The position numbers and the translations under genes were made by a program. Of a stretch of DNA of 64,000 bases, positions 1 to 13,601 are shown one piece after another (position 1 is the first letter of the stretch; every line of letters begins with the position of its first letter). The notes beneath the pieces were generated by a model. It did not search any database, was not told where the DNA came from, and worked only from the letters and a program-made list of their open reading frames with translations. Location of the stretch: positions 13,238,790 to 13,302,789 of the forward strand of contig CM119269.1 of NCBI GenBank assembly GCA_051294375.1, written 5' to 3'. Origin of the DNA: Paraspadella gotoi. Lineage: Eukaryota > Animalia > Chaetognatha.

Positions 1-1443
1 TCGTCCGGCGGCCCGGCTCAATTAGTTCGCATCATGCACTCGGTCAATTACGAGAAGCTCCTCTGGACGACGTCCCGCGTCCTCAAAGTTCTCTCCGTTT
101 GTCCCAAAAACAAACCGGCCATCGTCGAAGCCGGCGGCATGCAGGCTCTCGGCGTCCATCTGGCCAGCAATTCCCAACGCCTCGTCCAGAATTGCCTGTG
201 GACGTTGAGGAATTTGTCGGACGCGGCGACGCGATTGAGCGGAGTCGAAAATCTCATCGGGACTTTGGTTCGACTCTTCGACTCGAACGACATCAACGTG
301 GTCACTTGTTGCGCGGGAATTCTCTCTAATCTCACCTGCAACAATCACGCCAACAAGACCGTGGCGTGTCGACTCGGCGGCGTCGAAGGTCTCGTCTCTA
401 CGATCCTCAAAGCCGGCGATCGAGAGGAAATCACCGAACCCGCCATCTGCACTTTGCGCCATTTGACGAGTCGTCATCCCGAGGCGGAGATCGCGCAGAA
501 CGCCGTTCGATTCCACGGTGGACTCGCCATCGTCGTCAAGCTACTCCATCCGCCTTCAAGATGGCCGTTAATCAAAGCTACCATCGGCCTTTTGAGGAAT
601 CTCGCTCTCTGTCCGGCCAATCACGCTCCGTTGCGCGAGAACGGCTGCTTACCTCGAATGGTGCAGCTGCTCATCAAATCCCACGAAGCGTCGCATCGTC
701 AGGAGGAAGGGCCGAAGGCCGAAGGTCGCGCGGGCTTCGTGGACGGCGTACGCATGCAGGACGTCGTCGAGAGCATCGTCGGAGCTCTCCATATCCTAGC
801 CAAGGATCCTTACAATCGAGCTACGATTCGAATGCTCAACTGCATTCCTCTTTTCGTGCAGCTGCTGTACTCCAACACGGAGAACATCCAGCGGGTCACG
901 GCCGGCGTTCTTTGTGAGTTGGCTGCGGACAAAGAGGGCGCTGAGATCATGGAAATGGAAGGAGCTACTGCGCCTCTGACGGAACTGCTGCATTCTCGTC
1001 ACGAAGGCGTCTCCACTTACGCGGCGGCCGTGCTCTTTCGCATGGCCGAGGATAAACCGCAAGAGTACAAGAAAAGACTAAGCATCACTGTCAACAGCAC
1101 GTTGGGCAGAGAACAGGCGGAATGGGCTGAGAGCGGACTCTCGACCGATTTGATGCCCGCGGGAAACTTGCACAATAACTCTATGTACGGCCCGACCGGA
1201 CTGGCCGGGTTGACCGGACAGAGGATGGACGAATTCGGCAGCAATACGAACACAGGAGTGACGTCGTTGTCCGGACGTCAAAGCGCCATCGGCGCCAATC
1301 ATTCCATCGCAACTCTCTCTCTCGACGCGTTTCCGGAATTGGGCGCCATGGATCAAGGGACCGAGGATTTCTCCAATTTTGAAAATCTAAATCCCAGCAT
1401 CGGGCAACATAATTCCTTTGGAATGTTTGACTCGGATCTTTAA
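1..1443 (+). CDS. CTNNB1: Beta-catenin (armadillo), 5'-partial: from ARM repeat ~5 to the C-terminus, single uninterrupted exon
   Basis: Frame open from base 1 ([12 protein letters not shown]). Contains [74 protein letters not shown], and ends FDSDL (DTDL-type PDZ-binding tail); all match beta-catenin. Confidence 0.98.
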   Translation, partial: SSGGPAQLVRIMHSVNYEKLLWTTSRVLKVLSVCPKNKPAIVEAGGMQALGVHLASNSQRLVQNCLWTLRNLSDAATRLSGVENLIGTLVRLFDSNDINVVTCCAGILSNLTCNNHANKTVACRLGGVEGLVSTILKAGDREEITEPAICTLRHLTSRHPEAEIAQNAVRFHGGLAIVVKLLHPPSRWPLIKATIGLLRNLALCPANHAPLRENGCLPRMVQLLIKSHEASHRQEEGPKAEGRAGFVDGVRMQDVVESIVGALHILAKDPYNRATIRMLNCIPLFVQLLYSNTENIQRVTAGVLCELAADKEGAEIMEMEGATAPLTELLHSRHEGVSTYAAAVLFRMAEDKPQEYKKRLSITVNSTLGREQAEWAESGLSTDLMPAGNLHNNSMYGPTGLAGLTGQRMDEFGSNTNTGVTSLSGRQSAIGANHSIATLSLDAFPELGAMDQGTEDFSNFENLNPSIGQHNSFGMFDSDL

Positions 1444-2101
1444 ACTTTTTTTTTAATTTACATTTTTGAATAGTTTTCAAAACAAAGATGACAGTAATAT
1501 TTTTTTTTGCATGACTTGGTTGTTTTTTTTTATTCTAGTGTACACCTTATAACGAGGTACCTACATTTGTGGACAATCTTTTAGTGAATTCTTCACTAGA
1601 TATTGTTATCGCTATTAATTGTTTGCGTTGATAGTTGTCTACGAAATATTATCAGCTTGGATCTATTTTATGTATTTAGTTGTCGAATAATATCATTATA
1701 CTATAATAATTTTCAATTCGATTATTAATATAGGCACAGTACAAACAATTAGTAACTAAAGTAGCAAAAAAAAATATTGCAGTTTGTGAGTTTACTGCTG
1801 GTGAAATTTTCCTGTCTTGTCTTTTTCAGAAATAATTAACAATTTATTTAATTAATATTTAATACTCGGAAATTAGTAGTAGGTAGCAAAAAAAAAAATT
1901 GTTTGAGCGTTGTGTGAATTTAAATTAATCAACAAAACGAACAAGGCGGAGTTTGTGTTTAAAAAGTTACAGGGTTCAACAGCATTAGTTCGCTAGAAAA
2001 CAGTTTCCATCCACGTTTGGCAAGCTCTTGCGATCCGATGCCTGTAAAAACAATTAATCAAATTAAGTAAAAATTGAAAATTGAAAACGTCCATGCGGCC
2101 A

Positions 2102-4357
2102 TTAGCGAGAAAAATTAGTAAATGATGGAATCTGGATCGGACCTGATCGAAGAGCATGTTGCGAAGCGAAGTCGCTTTTCGGTCGATGTTCTATGCAATG
2201 CTGGAATCGGGATCGATGCTTTTGACAATTTAAACAAAAAGTACAAATCGGCGTCTTTTTTCGAATTCGCAATGATTCGAGTCTGATGGAAGAGATTACG
2301 GGGAAACTCATTTACATTGGACTGATTGGATTCAATGCTCCCTAGTAAAATTGAAAGAAATTGTTGTAAAAAAGAAAAAAGATTTGATTGTTGAAAATAA
2401 GAAGTTTCAACTTACAAAATCAATTCAAAATGAAAAAAAATAATGGAAAAATAATTATGTAAAAAAAAATCAAAGAAAAAACCCTGAAAATTAAAATAAA
2501 TAATTATTAAGGTAGCATGCCCGAAGAAAGATAGTACCTGGATTCTCGGTTCCTCGACGATTCGCTGCTAAATCTATTGTCAGCATCGATCGTTTTCGAG
2601 ACTTGCGACTGAATAGGATACGGGAATAAAAACTAGACAATTCCAACCCAATTACTAATTTAATGTGAGAATCATATTCACTTTTAGAATTGTATTATTG
2701 TTCTATCGTCTTCTTCAAGTTTTTAATTTTTTTTAATATCTACTATAATTTAATATAATCCCTTTCCGCTAAATCCCCCTCTATTCCTTCGGCCATATTA
2801 ACCTGATAAATGCTCCAGTGTTTGACGCACGGTTGGTCGCTCCAAGATTCTTCCGGGGACAAAATCAAGATGGTTCCGAGATGCGCGATGTAACTGGATT
2901 GACGAAGAAAGTAAAGATAAATAAAAATAAAATAGCCAGGTACTCTGGGAGTGAATCAAGACTGTGAGAGAGTCTTGATTGAAAAATTGCAAGGACCTGC
3001 TATGTCATTATCTTGTACGAGTGACGGAGGCCTTAAACCACCAAAGCCTATACAAAGTTAGGGGCAAGATAGCTTATTTATTAAATGAATGGATAATTTT
3101 TATATTGGTTGTACCAATTTCATAGTAACAGTTACTTCTTATTTACTTTTGTTCGAAATAAAAATCCACCAGAGGTTTTTTAGGGTGAAATACGTTTAAA
3201 ATCAAAATTTAGTAATTCGCTATCTTTTCAAAAAATAATTAATTGTTAATTAATGTAGAAAAACAGACGGATAATTTTGTTTGCTGTCCTTTAATGTCGT
3301 AAGTATTTTTGAAAGTTTAATGTCATCAGAAGAAATCTTTATATTCTTTGCTATAAATTAGGTCAAAATTAGGTAAAAGAATAAGCACGATAGATATAAT
3401 TTTTTTTTATCAATTGTCATAACTAATAGTATTATTAATTTTTTCTCAGATTTTATTAGACTTTATTGACTAACAATCAAATTCAAATCCGATCCTAAAA
3501 TTCGAAAATGTTAAAAATTGAAACAATTTCCCCTAAAGTAAGGAGGATCAACAATACCTGCAGGCGAGACGAAGAGTCTCGATCTTCGAAAGCTTTCGAT
3601 CCACGGGGTCAGTGGGGATGAGCCCGCGCAGGACGTTGAAGGCTGAGTTGACCGAGTGGGTGCGGTCGCGTTCTCGAGCGTTCGCCACCTGATACGGGGA
3701 TGCAAGCCATGTGCGGCTGTTATGGATTCTTTCAACTCTTTTCGACTCCCAGAAAATTCGTTGGCAGTTAAATGTCACTTTACAGTTTACACACATAGGA
3801 AACACATCGATAGAATAGAAAAATAAAATATCGATGAAATAAATTAATTAAATTTAAGAGAATAAATTAAATAAACAAATCATTTTCGTTAACATATAAA
3901 AGTACATCAGCCATTAAAGTGACAGTAAGACATGGAGCTAACTTCTTCTTCGTCTCGCTTAACAAAATTTTCTACTCCATATATAACCAATTTAAAAAGC
4001 TTTGAAAAGATTTGGCAACGACAAGAACAACGGCGACGACAAAAACGACGACGACAACACCGACGATGATTTACCATCAACGTTTAACCTCGACCCCTAA
4101 CTAACTCAAATTTAACCTCAGCCTCTCACCTGCCTCACCGGTGGGGCGTTCCGACCATCGACGCCCATCGACGCCGCCTCCCATCGACACCGGCGTTGTT
4201 CGTCGTCGTTGACGGTGCCGGGTCCGACGAACGGCGCCCAAAGGACGGCGCCGTCTTCGTTGTTGTTGTTGTTGATGGTCGGAGCCGCTGTGGGTCTTTT
4301 GGTCGGTCCGTCCGTCTCTTCGCCGCCGACAGATTTTCGACGTTTTCGTGTTTGCAT
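2102..4357 (-). CDS. Paraxis/scleraxis (TCF15/SCX family) bHLH transcription factor; exons 4357-4130, 3688-3558, 2893-2803, 2608-2538, 2282-2102
   Basis: GT-AG splicing joins in frame: ...NAPPVRQ|[43 protein letters not shown]|[10 protein letters not shown]...QPC...|...[13 protein letters not shown]. The bHLH and the downstream ICTFCL motif are diagnostic of paraxis/scleraxis. The start Met is uncertain because an AG precedes it and an upstream exon is possible. Confidence 0.92.
2995..3125 (-). repeat. Short dispersed repeat family A (TAAATAAGCTATCTTGCCCCTGACTTTGGACAGGC...GGTGGTTTAAGGCCTCC)
   Basis: Reverse complement matches 55385-55480. Partial copies near 6630, 13895, 25830 and 62155. Confidence 0.7.
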
Positions 4358-4756
4358 CCTGGGAATTTTTTGTTTTGTTTGTTTTGTTTATTTTTTTGTA
4401 AAAGTTTGGTTTTACTTTTTAATTTTGAAGATAAATTTTGTTTTGTCAATACAAAGTTTTTGTTTATTTTGTTTTATTTTCCTTATTTAGATTTATTGTT
4501 CATTTGGTTTTATCTTTTTATTTTGTTTGTTTTGGTTTGTTTGATTGGTTTTGATTTATTTTTTTTTAGTTTGTTTTTATTCGATCACTTGGATCAACCC
4601 TTATTAATTTGTCCAAAGAAATATATTCACGTTTTTGGTTGTAATAATTTCCCTTAAGATGGGTCGTTTAAGAATTATTTTTTTTGGGGGGGCTTCATTT
4701 TTTCGAATACTTCGGTAAAAACTAGTGAACTCTTCGCGAGCAGCGAGGAAGAAAAG

Positions 4757-4789
4757 GAGAGGAGAGAGAGAGAGAGAGAGAGAAGAGAG

Positions 4790-4842
<53 letters not shown>

Positions 4843-5033
4843 AGAGAGAGAGGAGAGAGACGGTAAAACGCGGCTGACATGACTTCACGAACGAATTCAA
4901 AAACATCGGGATGAGGAAGAAAATTGTGATGGGGAAGTAAAGGGGTGAGGGAGGAGAGAAGAGAGAGAGAGAGCAGAGAAGAAGAGAGAAGAGAGAGAAG
5001 AGAGAAGAGAGAGAGAGACGAGGGAGAGAGAGA
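4757..5033. repeat. (GA)n microsatellite tracts
   Basis: Direct inspection. Similar tracts near 19988, 25440, 31986, 32265, 47535, 49455, 53146, 53788, 54911 and 61055. Confidence 0.9.
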
Positions 5034-6249
5034 TACGGTCTTGCGAGCAAGTACTAAGCCTCACCCCGGACATAGCGGTTCGACGCATACCGGATACATC
5101 ACACAATGTGGTGATGAAGTGAACCAAAGGCGACGGAGAAAGGCGAAAGGAGAAGGTTAGCCCGGGAAGTCCGTTCCGATCCCACGGGTCCCGGATGTAT
5201 AGATGTCCTCGTATGTGGTTTTCGGGAAGTGCAAATGATGGCTTTCTCTTGTCTCCGGATGTAGTTTATCCCATATGGACCCGAGTCATGTGATACTTGG
5301 ATTGAGCCTGATAAGGTTCGGATTGTAATTGAGGATCGGTCTCCTATTATTTTAGTCTTCAGCTCTTTTTTAGGAAGAATATTAATCTTGAAAAAAAGGA
5401 GTGAAGTCATCAATTTTATCAATTCGGCGATGTGCGCGCCGTAATGTTCGTCATCAATCATGCGGTTTGAGTCATATATCAATCATCATCCACATATTAT
5501 TATATATTTCATCGCATCATGCATCAAGTCATCAACGTCGCGTTCGCTTGTAGCGTGTGTATTGCTCCGTCAATTTTTTTTTCGCTCGAAAGAACAGAAT
5601 CGACATGATGGCTCTTATGAGATGCAAGGAATACACCACGGTCATCACACATGCTATCATATAGATAAAATCAATTCAGTTCATAAATCTCATCGTCAGC
5701 ATCATCATCATCATCGTCTCATCATCATAGCTTCAAGTGATCGTATAATACGTCCGAAGTCGCATTCCACTACTCTGTAGCCTCATCATCAATGGTTAAG
5801 CTCCACGAGATTTTAGTCAAGAACCTAAATGGGGGAAACGACAAGTCATGGATTATATGGCAGCCTTATATTATTATGAAAACACAATTTAGCAGTTTAA
5901 ATACGCGACTTGTGCACCATCGAAAATATTGTTGATCGTTTGTTCTGGATTAATATTTTCATTAAGCTGAATCTGAGCTCTTTTTTTTGTTTGGGTATTT
6001 TTTTTTTTTTTGGTCCTACTAATTTTATGATGAAACTAAACAACTGCCACGGCACACAACTAGTAACCGATAATAAACAAAAAAAAATAAAATTAATTGT
6101 ACATTTACATCTTATGCGGATAACGCTGCGAATTCCCTTCGGATAACCTTTATCCGAATCTATGTTCATAAAAGCTGTCCGTAGAACTTATTCCATAGAC
6201 TTAGCACTATTAATGTGGCAGTGCTTTCGACAGGTTTCTACCAATGTCT

Positions 6250-9173
6250 GAGCTACGTCGTGCGAGATCGGTCGTTTCGTGTGCGTCGGTGTACTTATAT
6301 CAGGACTGATCATCATCGTCATGATTCGAAGATTTACCCGAACGAATACATCGTTCGGATCCTGTACGGGCATTCCAGGAATATTATTCGTTTCAAGAGA
6401 GAAAATTGACGAGATAAAGAGGTAGTTTATGAACCTTTAAAAAGTACACACTACATCTTATGTTAATAACAATTAAGATTCACGTTTGTGTTTGGCAAAA
6501 ACAGAAGACCAAATATCTAATACTAAGATAAAACATCACACTGCTATATCAACTAATAGTACACTTATCTTAGAAATCATCGAATTAATCCATAACCGTC
6601 CTATGACTCGGTTCATATAGTCAACAGAAACCTTCTTGCCCACTGACTTTGGACGGCTATGTAATAGTGAAATGTAACATTCTAACTTCTCTTGGTAAGC
6701 ACTTCAACACTGTTTTTAAAAAAAATTATAATAATTGAGAACCTGAAATTTTTATTGTGGTTTTAAGAATTGGCACAAAAAATAATTAGACGGTTGTCGC
6801 TCTTGGGAAGATATGATCTTCCCATGTGACGCGGTTGTTAGATAAAGAGCGAAGTAATAAAATGAAAAAAAAATGACTAAATGAAAATCACGCGATCCTT
6901 TATTTTATTTAAAGTTGTCAGCGGTACAATATATGGCAAAATTATGCGTCAACAGTTGAGGCAAAATGGGGACGCATCTAATTATAAAATTTAAATCATC
7001 ATCAAATTAGTCAAACCACCTGATAAATATGGGCATGAAAAATTGATATTTATAACACTTAAATATTAACACCATGAAAACATATAGAATATCGATATAC
7101 TTCAATCATCTTTATGTCAGGCATCCTGTTTATCTTGAACAGGTCTGGCTGCGAAATATGTATTAATGATAAATTCAATGGGTATTAATGGATAGCAAGT
7201 ATTCAGTTGATGAAAAAGCGCTGTCGCTCATGACCAATCGTGTTAATTCTTCTCGGCTTTAGAACATCTACCTTCTTTCATCTTAGAAGCCTTTAAATAC
7301 GGAAGGACAGCCATTGAAATCCATGGGAACGAGTCACACCGAAATCCAGAGGGCGTATCCTCACTTCCAAAGGACTCCGCTAACCGCCAGTTTGAGGTTC
7401 CGCTTGCGGGGAACGCCCCAGCCTTGAAGAGTGTGAGGCTCTTCGGCGTGAGATCGTTCGGGGTCTTGACGGCTCTGAAAGACAGGGTTGGGAGGAAAGG
7501 TTTAGTAGGGAGTGATAGGAGCGAATTTAAGGATACGGGATTTAAGATGGTTAAGGTAACAGGATTATGGAGGATGATAAGGAACGGTGTGAGATCTAAG
7601 GAGCAGGGGTTTGGTCAGGATTTAAGGAGCAGGGTTTCGTGTAGGATTTAAGGTACAGGGTTTGGAGGATTTGGACAGGTTTGGAGATTTTAAGGACAGG
7701 ATTTGGAGGATTTAAGGACAGGGTTTGGAGGATTTTAAGACAACGGTGTGAGAGGAGCAAAGGATCAAGGGTTTGGAGTTTAACGGACACAGAGTTTGTG
7801 AGGATTGACAGGGTTTGGAGAATTTAAGGACAAGGGTTTGAAAGGATTTTAAGGACAGGGTTGCGAGATTAAGTGACTAAGGTGGGGGGAATTAAGTTGA
7901 GATTTCAGACGGGTACAAGCTATCGAGCAGACTACCATAACAATACAGAATAAGATCCTCTGGAAGATTTCCACGCCCCCGTAGTGGATCGTCCCTCCTC
8001 ACTCGTCTCGGCGGCCATCACGCTAAACGCGCCATCACTCGCGATGGCAAGAGACGGGGCGCCATGCATGCGCGAGACGAAAAGGTAATTGAGACGTTCC
8101 GGCAGCATGTTGCCCGTCCTTATATCATGATAGCTCGCCTTAATGGTAATATTTTAAAAGGCATGAAAGATATAGAATTTTTTCTGTATATTTTATCTCT
8201 TTCTTTCTTTTTTCTTATATTATTATTCTGCTTCCAGTCCGGCGAGCTACAGGCAGCAGATGTTTTTGTTCAGAACCGCGTTTAGCATTCGCAGTCGAGA
8301 ATTTCCTGCAGATAATATTTTTTAAAAAAGTTAAATTATTCAGGCTTTTAAAAATATTTACTTTAGTGCTGCTACAAGTACATCTTCTGCCTTCGCCATC
8401 GCTTGCACAGTCGCTGCTTCCAACATCTGCACAGATCCGCTGCTCCCTTTACGAATTCCAAAAATGAACAATTTGAAAAAAAAAGATGGAGATGCTTGAT
8501 TCTATCGTTCCACCTTTTTGCAGATTTCCTCGTCCGTCCAATGGGCCGTCATCGGGTGACAGTCAAGCCCACTACGCGGTCCAGTTCGTTGTTTCGTGTT
8601 ATTTTCTCGATCCGCCTCCAATCACCTGGGATAGTTGAATAATACATTCAAGTCGAACACGAAACTCGGTTTCCAGGGTGTTCATTTGTTTCATCAGGGG
8701 GCCTTCAGTTTTAAAAACGTTTGCAATATTAACTCTTATTCTAAAATATAAGATAAAAAAGGAAAAAAAAATAAATGTTTATCATTTTATTTCAATGCAT
8801 ATGATCTCATCATTAAATGGGGAATTCTTAAGTGTTAAATTAAAATGCAATATCATAATGAAAAAAAAAATTTTGCCTTTTTTAAGGGTATTCGCCATTA
8901 ATGATCATGTTAATAAATTTTTTTGGTGTTCCATCCTAATAATTGAACCACACACTTTGCGGCAAAGAACCGAATATCGGATTTTTTTACAAAACAAATT
9001 TCATCAGCGGCAAACTTACTTCTGGCTTCAGAGGAACTTGATCAGCAAGAGGTTCCTCCAGGGAGGGCCCTTCCATTGCAGCACTTCGGTTGGGGCTGAC
9101 CCTTGCGATTTCCCGAAAATGTGGGAAGCTCGGGTGCATAATTTGTGAACAGTGGGGTCGGTTCGCAGCTAAC
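6250..9173 (+). repeat. Indel-rich direct copy of 13620-14750 joined through a minisatellite to 22996-24273
   Basis: Shared landmarks in the same order, e.g. TTCAAGAGAGAAAA, GAATTGGCACAAAAAATAATTA, CCAGAGGGCGTATCCTCAC, CAGAACCGCGTTTAGCATTCGCAGTCGAG, GGGCTGACCCTTGCGATTTCCC. Many 1-bp indels; ends at an N-gap. Confidence 0.9.
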
Positions 9174-9467
9174 NNNNNNNNNNNNNNNNNNNNNNNNNTA
9201 AAAAATTTTTTTAGAGAAATAATCACCAATAGTTTTTAAATGCTTTTAATATAAAAAATAACTTGTTAATTAATAAAAACCATTTAAAATTTCAATTATT
9301 TTATTATCATGATAAATATGTAATCCCTTAAAAAAATAGTAAATTTATTATTTGAAAATATTAAAAAAGACAATTTAAAAATTTCTTAGCTCTAACACCC
9401 TGCTTAAGCCCTGTTATGAATATTTTAAAAAATAGTGAATATGATAAAATTAAAGTTATCTTAAGTA

Positions 9468-12400
9468 ATTCTCTATTCGAAACCCCCCCCACATTAGCCT
9501 TTGTCTCCCCAAAAGGCGAGACACCGCGCTGTGACCAGAATGTTGAAACAGAAACAAAAGGACAAACGAAAAAATACTCTCCGGCCTCAGCGGCCAGCAG
9601 AGTGCTTGCAGGCAGGCCCAGTCCGACGCTGCATCACTCTGTCAGTGTTGAGCCGACGCGTCACTCTTTTTCGCGCTCTATGTGATCAGTCGCTTCTTAT
9701 TTTTAGCGCTTTTTGTCGATTATTATCGGGACTTTCCTTCGATATTTTGCTTTTTATCGAATTTTGAACTTTCACGCTCGTCTCTTTTGTTTTATCGACG
9801 ATCGTTAAGAATTTCGCGCGATATTCTCGAGAAGGACGCAAGCGATCGGCAGTTCGACGAAAATCTTCTGTTTCGATCCAAGGGTTTGAGGGACCCTGAG
9901 AACCACGTGGGCGCGACTGCTCCCAAGATGACCTCGCGCCCCGTGTCGGTGTTTCTTCTCCACCCCCTCCTCTGCTTTAGCGCTTGTTCTCCGTTACCTC
10001 GGTTACGGCGCCTCGGGCCGCCGCGCGAGGGGCTACGCCGCAACCCGCCACCAGGGGTGTCCGGTTCGGGGGCTGGACAGGGCCTACACGAGCCCTGGGA
10101 GCGATGGCGCAACGGCTGGAGCCTGGAAGTATTTTTTGAAGGACGCCCTCAACGGTTTCAAGGAGCGGGATTCGCTTTCGCCAGCGAGAGGAAAGATTTC
10201 CGCCGGTTAGCGTTAATTGAGTTCTTTTATTCGAAGTCGTTTGCAAATTCTTCTTATTTTGCCCCTCCATCAAATTTTTTTTCTCTTTCTTTCTTTCTTT
10301 CGTTTTTTTTTTTTTTTTTAATATTTTTGTTCCACACGCCGCGTTTTTTCTCGTTACTGAGGCAATGTGGGGGGGTTTCGAATAGAGAATCTGTAATTTC
10401 TGAATGGAATTATGATTCTTATCGAAACCCCCCCCACTTCTCCCGCCGACCGCCCCTTTCGCCTCCGGGTGGGCTGTGTCGCGGGTTGTGTTCGGTTTCC
10501 GTTTTTTTTGTTCTGTGTGTCGTTTTAGTTTCAAATATTTTCTTTTTGCTGAATATTTGTTGGATAGAGAGAAAGAAGGGGGGGGTTTCCTCGATTTTGA
10601 TATTAATCTAATCTCTCGTTTTTTGGCTTACCGTTCATTGATTCTTATCGAAACGGGACGACTTCACTTCGCCTTTCCCTTCGCCGCTGGTCCTTTGACG
10701 AGTTCCTTCGCTTCCACGAGAGCAGTCCCGCCACTGGCTCTGCCTCAGCCTCTAGACGCAACGCGTCGCCTTCACGCTGGACGGCACACCGCGTCGCACC
10801 CAGCTCCGGGACTGGACACGCCCTCACGCGGATGGAGAGGTTGAGGTCCGACCCAGACGTCGATCGGGCCTTTTTACGCCTTGAGCCCGCCGCCCAAGAG
10901 CGGCGTCGCGTCTGATGGAGTTTCGAAAAGCCAATGGGTTCGCTTCGTCACGTCTCGAGTTAGGGGGAGTTGGAACGAGAAGACGTGGGCAGTCGTCGCA
11001 CAACCTCCCAACCTCGCGCCTTCGTACGGTGGGTGGACCACGCTCAACGGATCGTTTCCACTTCCAGATCGACGTGAGCAGGTGTTGATTCCCCGCCTTC
11101 CGAAAGCGGCTATCTACACCCAGTTTCCTGCTACCCTCTCACGCACGAGCAGGAGGCGGCGCGCGTCGGGTCACGCCGCTCTTTTGTCGCCGACGAGCTA
11201 CGCCCTTTGTCGGACGCATCAAGGCGGGTATTTCAGCGGATCAGTGGTGGAGCGCATTCCCCGCCGCTGCTCGCCCCTACGCGATATTGCGCCATCCAGC
11301 GCTACCGCGTTCAACGCTGCGCTTTGGAAGTTCGACTTCTCCGTTTGTGAAGCGCCGTCCGATCATGCGTGGGCGCTGCAGGACGCCGCTTCCCACCGAT
11401 GAGTTTTTCTTCGGAAAATCCGCTCGGATCAAGTTTCGGTCAGGTCAACGCCGCCTTAATCCGATCCGCCGCACGCCCTCGCTTTCTTGATTAACGTCGT
11501 TCAAGGGTTTCAAAGCGTTCGAAGTCCAACTTCAAGCCGCGGAAAGAGCGCAAAGAGCCCTAACTCGTTTCAGCAGTCGAGGAAACGGGGCAGGACAGGG
11601 GAGCCAAAGCCTGCGAAATGACGGGTTCTCCGCCGATGCAGTGCGCCGCCTCGTCCGGCTGCAGGCCCTCTTCAAGATCGGATTTCGTCAGTCGGGCCGA
11701 CCTCTCAATTTTGACGAAATTTTCGGGCTTCAAGACGCCGATCGGCGGAGGCGATCCCAACCCGTCTTCCTCGTCCTGCCGACGCGACCCATCTTTCGGC
11801 GAGAGGACGACAGCGGTCGAGAGCGGGAAATCTCCGCGCCTTGGAGAAGGGTCGATCGAGGAGGTAGAGTCCTCTCCGGGTTTTTACTCCAGGTCTTCCT
11901 TGTACCGAAGAAATTGATGGAGGGTGGAGGCCCATTCTCAAACCTGAAGCGCTCAACGCCGCTTTTTCTCTCACCTCCGTATTTCCGCTTGGAGGGTTCA
12001 AGGACATCAGGAAGATTGTTTCGACGGGGAGGATTGGGGCGCCTCAATCGACCTACGCCCGAGCTTATCTCCCCCTTCCGTCTCACGAGGAGGTCATCGA
12101 AAGTTTTGTCGATTCATTTGGAAGGTCCGGATCTTCCAGTACAAGGTTTCTCCCTTCGTTTGGGGCGACGGGCCGTTGGCTCTTCATGAAGACAACCGCC
12201 GCTAGTTCAATGGCTGAGCAAGAGGCATTCGTTTGCTCTTCTATATCTCGACGACATCTCCATCCTGGGCTCATCGAAGGAGAGTGTTCAACCAAGCGAC
12301 GTTGAAGGCGGTCCAACTGCTCTTGGAGGCGGGTTTCATTCTCCACCGGGAAGACAGAAGTCGAGCCCTTGTACTCCCTATCAGGTCCCGATTTCCTCGG

Positions 12401-13590
12401 TTTTCATTGGGATCGGTCAGCTTCATCAGATCTCGCTTCCGCCGCCCAAGTTGAATCGATCCGAGATTAGCGACTTCACCTCCTCGTCGTCTCTCCGCGG
12501 CGCGTTATTCCTTCAGTTTCTCGGACACGCCACGGCGGCCACGCTCGCAGTTCCGCTTCTCCGTTGCCACTCCCGCCGGATTCAAAGGTAACGTTCAACC
12601 GCGTCTGCCACTCCGAGAAGGATCTCGATCGCCAACACTGTTAGACGCTTCAGCGCGGGAGGAGCTAGAGTGGGTGGTCAGTCGCTTCGCTGGAGGACTG
12701 CGTCGCGCGTGCGATTCTGCTCCCAGAAGGATTGCGCCCACGTAGTGACGACGGATGCCTCGCAGAGGGTTGGGGCATCCTTTTCCAGGGAGAGCTTCAT
12801 GCATGGGACCTGGAGGTGCAATGTCCATCACCACTATCAATGTGAAGGAGTTACATGGTGTTGAAATCTTCCTCTCTCGATTCGGGCAGCTTCTGAGAAA
12901 TACGAATCTCCTTTGGTAGGCCGACAGTCTTGGTTTGCGTTGCTCTGTCTCCAGCGCACGTGAGCCGGTTCTACGGAGCTACACGAGGTTGTCCGGAGTC
13001 TCTGCTGATCGCCCATACCCTGGGGATCCGTACCACCGGGAGTCACCCTGTCGTCAGAGGAGAACTGGGTGACGGATGCCGGTCTGTCCGAGGGACGCCT
13101 AGTTTTGCGGTGGTTGCAATCTCCTTCCACGATCTTCCGTCAGATTCTGCGAGATACCGTTCGGCACTCTCCATCCATCGATCTTTTTGCGACGAAGGAC
13201 TCGACCGATAGGTGCGCCGTTCTTCTTCTTGGAAAGGCGGGAGGCGCCCAACGGAGGGGTGTGGACGCCCTCGCCCAGATTTGGATCTTTTGGATCGTGG
13301 CATTTCTCTTTCCTCCAGCCACCTGCTCCCCCGAGCGTTCATCCGGAAGCTGGAGGGAAGTCGTCGGGATCTTCCTTTCTGATCGTCCTTCTGGCCAGCC
13401 CAGAATGCGTTCCCGGTCGGGGAACCTGAGATCTGAGGGCTCGACGCCTCCGGGTCCGGGGAGGACGCCGTCATCGACCTCAGCACAGGGATCTCTCCGC
13501 CGGCAGGCCACCCGTCAGCTGGTCGGTGCAGATCGGCGAGCGAACGACCCCCTCGACGACCCTCAGCGACTTAGGTTGGTTTTGAGACTG
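9468..13590 (+). mobile_element. DIRS-type (tyrosine-recombinase class) retrotransposon, frameshifted and incomplete: gag-like region, RT, RNase H, methyltransferase-like domain
   Basis: Across frames: PGFYSR/VFLVPKK..GG..P..NLK (11875-11950), FQYK..PFG and LLFYLDDI (TATCTCGACGACATC, ~12244), RNase H VVTTDAS..G.GA and GTW..HH.NVKEL (12740-12855), PSIDLFA...GVDALAQIW..FLFPP (13170-13320). Inverted terminal-type repeats at 9468-9500 and 10360-10391. No clear YR ORF. Confidence 0.88.
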
Positions 13591-13601
13591 GCTGTTCACA
13601 G

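Noticed and set aside
22-1480. Overlapping alternative-frame and antisense ORFs over beta-catenin
   Set aside because: Shadow ORFs of a GC-rich coding sequence with no independent protein features.
4604-5160. ORFs rich in LSLS or ERER (also at 25126-25666, 54666-55095, 60896-61275)
   Set aside because: Translations of (CT)n/(GA)n microsatellites.
9682-10611. 309-aa ORF as a host gene
   Set aside because: Runs through DIRS terminal and low-complexity T-rich sequence; no recognisable domain.
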